This document shows, one piece after another, positions 5,584 through 8,992 of a DNA stretch of 8,992 nt. The translations under genes and the position numbers were made by a program. The notes below the pieces were generated by a model. It saw nothing but the letters and a program-made list of their open reading frames with translations, was not told where the DNA came from and did no database searches. Within the stretch, counting starts at the first letter, position 1. Each line of letters begins with the position of its first letter. The DNA comes from Candidatus Auribacterota bacterium (GTDB lineage: Bacteria > Auribacterota > UBA6266). Location of the stretch: the NCBI GenBank assembly GCA_023136205.1, contig JAGLRQ010000045.1, forward strand, positions 1 to 8,992. Direction: 5' to 3'.

Positions 5584-8121
5584 CTAATCGGTTAACATAA
5601 AACTATCCTTTAACCTTATATCCCTCGACGACGAACCTATCAACACCTCAAAATCTCCGGGTTCCGCTACCCATTTCTTTTTTACATCATCATAAAAAGA
5701 CAAAGATGATTTATCAAGTTTCAACTTTACGGTTTTCTTCTCACCCGGTTTAAGGCTTACTTTCTTAAAGGCTTTAAGCTCCCGCGGGGGCCTTTCAAGA
5801 GAGGATTGTTTGTCACTGAGATAAAGCTGAATTACCTCTTTTCCTTCACAATCGCTTATATTTTTAATATCAACCCGGACACTAACTTCTCCGTCTCCGG
5901 TCTGTTTAGGGTTTACAACCAGGTTTGAATACTCAAATTCTGAGTAAGACAGCCCGTGGCCAAAAGGGAACTGGGGTTCAATGTTATTTTTATCGTAATG
6001 CCTGTAACCTACAAATATCCCTTCTTTGTAATATACCTTGCCGCCACTTCCCGGATAATTTCCATAAGAAGGATTATCCCGCAGCCTTTTAGGAAAAGAC
6101 ACAGATAATTTTCCTGAAGGATTTACATCACCAAAAAGAATATTAGAGATTGCGTTTCCTCCTTCCTGTCCGGGGTACCAAGCCTCCACTATCGCAGGAA
6201 CCTTATCCACCCATTTTTCCATATTAACAGGAGTTCCGTTTACTAAAACCACAATTGTATTTTTATTAATCGAGCTTACAGCATTTATAAGTTCATCCTG
6301 GCCTTCGGGAAGCATCATATTTCTTCTGTCAGCACCTTCACCTTCTATTGAAATATTGAGTCCAACAAAAACAATAGCAGCATCAGATTTCTTTGCCGCC
6401 TCAACCGCCTCTTGTATCATGGTTGACTCAGGGCCTACCCATCCAAATTTCATTACAGCTCCGCCGCCTCTTTCGTAAAATTCAATGCGCACATCATATT
6501 TCCTTCCTTCAACAAGGTCTATTACCCCTTTCTTCATTTCAGCACCATGGTCTCCCCAGTTGTGAACAACAAGCCTGTTATTAATGTATAAACGGCTTCC
6601 GTCATCACTCAGCAGCCGCAAATCATACTTCCCTGTTTTTGGAGGGATAAGTTTTCCGCTCCAGCGTACAGAAAAATTATCATTTCCTATGCCTTTAGCC
6701 GGAGAATCTTCTGCCCAATCAAAATCAATTGTTCTGTCTACTCTTGTAAGCACAGGGCTTCCCTTAAAATCTATATTATTAAAATATTCACCTTTTAAAC
6801 CATATTCTTCCGAAGTACCCGACGGCCGGAATGCTGATAGAGGGATTGCATTTAATTCATCCGGCATATCACAACCCTTCGCGTAATTTATTGTTATTGT
6901 ACCTCTGCACTTATTTTTTAATCCTTTAAGAGGGCTTACAGAATATGGAGGATCCACCCGTGAACTTCCCCCTCCTCCATGACGTGCATGCAAAGCATTG
7001 GGGCCTATAACAGCTATTGTTTTAATTTTCCCAATGCCTAACGGTAAAACATTGTTTTCGTTCTTCAATAAAACTATTCCAGCTTCTGCTGCCTCTCTAA
7101 CTAATTTTCTGTGTTCTCTGGTATTGGCCGCGCCCTTATAATTTTTAACTTCTTCATCAAATAACCCAAGAAGAAACTTCACGCGCAGAATCCTTCTTAC
7201 CTTGTCATCTATAACCAATTCTTTTACCTGTTTGTTTTTAACCGCCTTAAGAATTTTTTCTCTTGCAAAAAAGTGGCCCGGTCCCGGCATTTCCATATCA
7301 CAGCCTTCGTTTGCGGCTTTTATACTGTCTTTTATGGCCCACCAGTCAGAAACAACAAAGCCCCTGAAACCCCAGTCATTTTTGAGTATATCTATAAGTA
7401 AATGAGAATTCTCACAGCAGTAGGAACCATTTACCATGTTATAGGCGGCCATTACAGTAAAAGTATCTGCTTTACATACAGCCGCCTTAAAACCCGGAAG
7501 ATATATTTCCCGTAAAGCTCTTTCACTTATTTCAACACTTATATTTGTTCTTTCCCATTCCTGGTTGTTCGCGGCAAAATGCTTTGTAGATGTCCCTATC
7601 TTTTGGCTCTGAACACCTTTAACATAGCCTACCGCCATTTCTCCCACCAGGTAGGGGTCTTCTCCAAAACTTTCAAAATTCCGTCCGCCAAGCGGAGTTC
7701 TGTGTATATTAATACAGGGCCCTAAAATCAGGTTTCTTCCTTTAGCCCGTGTTTCCTTACCCAGGGCAACACCAACTCTTTCTATCAAATCTTCATCCCA
7801 CGTAGAGCCCAGTGTAACAAGGGTGGGAAAACATGTTGCCTGACCATACATGTCTCTTATGCCGTGAGGCCCGTCAGTCATTAACAGCGGGGGTATACCA
7901 AGACGCCTGTTTGTCTTTCCATCCATAAAATCTTTGCCGCACAGTTCGTCTATTTTTTCATCTAACGTCATTCTTCCAAGAAGGTCTTCAATCCTGTCTT
8001 CAATCGGTACAGTGGAGTCCTTATAAGAAAGTTTTTCAGCGGCAAAAATCAAAGATTTGCCGGCAGTTACCATTACCAAAACAGTGCTTAACAAAATAAC
8101 TAATTGCTTGAGATTTTTCAT
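5584..8121 (-). CDS. Exported glycoside hydrolase family 3 beta-glucosidase (BglX-like) with inserted PA14 domain and C-terminal Fn3-like domain
   Basis: 845-aa ORF. GH3 N-domain motifs are GPCINIHRTPLGGRNFESFGEDPYL and GFRGFVVSDW, with the predicted nucleophile Asp at residue 259. The alpha/beta-sandwich domain contains IVFVGLNISIEGEGADRRNMMLPEGQDELI. The Fn3-like tail contains EVIQLYLSD...PPRELKAFKKVSLKPGE. There is an N-terminal signal peptide, and an AAGGA SD lies 6 nt upstream of the ATG at 8121. Confidence 0.9.
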   Translation of the reverse strand: MKNLKQLVILLSTVLVMVTAGKSLIFAAEKLSYKDSTVPIEDRIEDLLGRMTLDEKIDELCGKDFMDGKTNRRLGIPPLLMTDGPHGIRDMYGQATCFPTLVTLGSTWDEDLIERVGVALGKETRAKGRNLILGPCINIHRTPLGGRNFESFGEDPYLVGEMAVGYVKGVQSQKIGTSTKHFAANNQEWERTNISVEISERALREIYLPGFKAAVCKADTFTVMAAYNMVNGSYCCENSHLLIDILKNDWGFRGFVVSDWWAIKDSIKAANEGCDMEMPGPGHFFAREKILKAVKNKQVKELVIDDKVRRILRVKFLLGLFDEEVKNYKGAANTREHRKLVREAAEAGIVLLKNENNVLPLGIGKIKTIAVIGPNALHARHGGGGSSRVDPPYSVSPLKGLKNKCRGTITINYAKGCDMPDELNAIPLSAFRPSGTSEEYGLKGEYFNNIDFKGSPVLTRVDRTIDFDWAEDSPAKGIGNDNFSVRWSGKLIPPKTGKYDLRLLSDDGSRLYINNRLVVHNWGDHGAEMKKGVIDLVEGRKYDVRIEFYERGGGAVMKFGWVGPESTMIQEAVEAAKKSDAAIVFVGLNISIEGEGADRRNMMLPEGQDELINAVSSINKNTIVVLVNGTPVNMEKWVDKVPAIVEAWYPGQEGGNAISNILFGDVNPSGKLSVSFPKRLRDNPSYGNYPGSGGKVYYKEGIFVGYRHYDKNNIEPQFPFGHGLSYSEFEYSNLVVNPKQTGDGEVSVRVDIKNISDCEGKEVIQLYLSDKQSSLERPPRELKAFKKVSLKPGEKKTVKLKLDKSSLSFYDDVKKKWVAEPGDFEVLIGSSSRDIRLKDSFMLTD
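6436..6801 (-). other. PA14 carbohydrate-binding domain inserted in the GH3 C-terminal domain (about residues 441-562)
   Basis: GLKGEYFNNIDFKGSPVLTRVDRTIDFDW...NFSVRWSGKLIPPKTGKYDLRLLSDDGSRLYINNRLVVHNW...GRKYDVRIEFYERGGGAVMKFGW carries the characteristic PA14 signature (GL-x-GEYF, FS-x-RW-x-G, DDG-x-RLY-x-N, Y-x-x-GG). Confidence 0.8.
8038..8121 (-). other. Sec-type signal peptide of the GH3 protein (about residues 1-28)
   Basis: MKNLKQLVILLSTVLVMVTAGKSLIFAAEK has a basic n-region, a hydrophobic core of about 16 residues and a small-residue FAA cleavage region. There is no lipobox cysteine. The cleavage site was not computed. Confidence 0.6.
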
Positions 8122-8206
8122 AGCTATTCCTTTCTAAAAATTAGACCCGCAATCACCGTTTCTCCCCATTAGCCTAAAAGGCTGCCATCTCATTTAATCT
8201 TTGTAA

Positions 8207-8992
8207 CTATATTTTTTTTATATTTATCTTTTTACCGTCATCGGTTTTATAAATCACATCCTCAAAGCTATAAATAGAATCCCCTCGCAAAAATTCAACA
8301 GTGCAGCGGAACTGTTTCTCAAGTAACTTCACTTCTTTAGCATCTTCGCCTTTCAGTCTGGAGGCTACTTCCGGGTGACAGTAAATCTTGAGCTTTTTGC
8401 AAATACCCTTTGAAAATATCTTTTTAGCATTTCTCCTGATTTCCAGGCTCATAGTTGTAGTGCCTTTAACGACCCCTTTGCCGGAACAGCACTGGCAGGG
8501 TTCATACATATCTCCGATCCAGCTCTCACGAACCCTCTGCCTCGTCATTTCTACAAGGCCAAGCGGGGAAATGGCAGATATCGAAGTCTTGGCCCGGTCC
8601 TTCTTTAAAAAATCACCAAGCTTCTGCAAAACAGCTTTCTGATTCCTGCGGTTTTTCATATCAATAAAATCTATGACAATAATCCCGCCTATATTACGAA
8701 TCCTAAGCTGATGGGCAATTTCAACCGCCGCTTCCACATTAGTTTTGTGAACAGTATCTTCAAGGTCCTTGCTCCCAACATGCTTGCCTGTATTAACATC
8801 TATAGTTGTAAGCGCTTCCGTCCTGTCTATCACAATATACCCACCACACTTGAGCCAGACCTTTCTGCTAAGAGCCTTATAAATCTGCGGCTCGATTTCA
8901 TACTTATAAAAAATAGGCTCATTTTCCCTGTAAAAGTTAACCCGCGGTTTCATTTCAGGAAAAATGAGCCCGACAAATTTTCTAACCTTTCT
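8207..8992 (-). CDS. rng: Ribonuclease E/G family endoribonuclease, C-terminal about 261 codons (5' part beyond the window end); RNase G-like because it has no long C-terminal scaffold tail
   Basis: The track starts this ORF at an internal Met (8953). The frame stays open upstream to 8992 (RKVRKFVGLIFPE-MKPRV...). It has the catalytic-core motifs TEALTTIDVNTGK and GGIIVIDFIDM, the Zn-link CQCCSGKG, and SPLGLVEMTRQR. It ends about 95 aa after the Zn-link. Confidence 0.85.
   Translation of the reverse strand, partial: RKVRKFVGLIFPEMKPRVNFYRENEPIFYKYEIEPQIYKALSRKVWLKCGGYIVIDRTEALTTIDVNTGKHVGSKDLEDTVHKTNVEAAVEIAHQLRIRNIGGIIVIDFIDMKNRRNQKAVLQKLGDFLKKDRAKTSISAISPLGLVEMTRQRVRESWIGDMYEPCQCCSGKGVVKGTTTMSLEIRRNAKKIFSKGICKKLKIYCHPEVASRLKGEDAKEVKLLEKQFRCTVEFLRGDSIYSFEDVIYKTDDGKKINIKKI

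Noticed and set aside
8171-8183. Small palindrome AGCC-TAAAA-GGCT in the rng-GH3 spacer as a possible terminator.
   Set aside because: The stem is only 4 bp, and on the minus strand it is followed by AATGGGGAG with no U-tract. It is too weak to call.
1-8992. Searched for a mobile element, CRISPR array, tRNA or rRNA, toxin-antitoxin pair, or defence island signature anywhere in the window.
   Set aside because: There are no direct-repeat arrays, terminal inverted repeats, or integrase/transposase/nuclease-ATPase-like ORFs. The intergenic regions (26-114 nt) are too short for structured RNA genes, and the coding content is fully explained by ten recognisable genes.

Overview
All ten protein-coding genes I can support lie on the minus strand. 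They form a tightly packed, AT-rich housekeeping array (GC about 40% by eye, not computed). Gene order in the direction of transcription, from high to low coordinates, is: RNase E/G-family nuclease (5' end beyond the window), exported GH3-PA14 beta-glucosidase, rplU (L21), rpmA (L27), obg, proB, proA, nadD, rsfS, argS (3' end beyond the window). The two edge-truncated genes (rng, argS) are incomplete or absent in the ORF track, and I recovered them by hand translation. Apart from the glycosidase, this is the conserved rne/rng-rplU-rpmA-obg-proB-proA-nadD-rsfS synteny known from, for example, actinobacterial genomes. Non-coding elements I can see directly are: a near-consensus sigma70-type promoter upstream of rplU; a hairpin plus U-tract between rpmA and obg; and a cluster of CGTAT(T/C)G heptamers, including a perfect 9-bp inverted repeat, in the proA-nadD spacer. 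I found no rRNA, tRNA, CRISPR array, transposase, integrase, or toxin- or defence-like genes. Every plus-strand ORF in the track looks like an antisense shadow of a conserved minus-strand gene. My assessment is that this is an ordinary core-genome region and I see no convincing undescribed system. The most unusual points are the secreted GH3-PA14 gene wedged into the RNase/ribosomal-protein junction and the repeat-rich proA-nadD spacer. Both are modest leads, not discoveries. Lineage cannot be assigned from this window alone.
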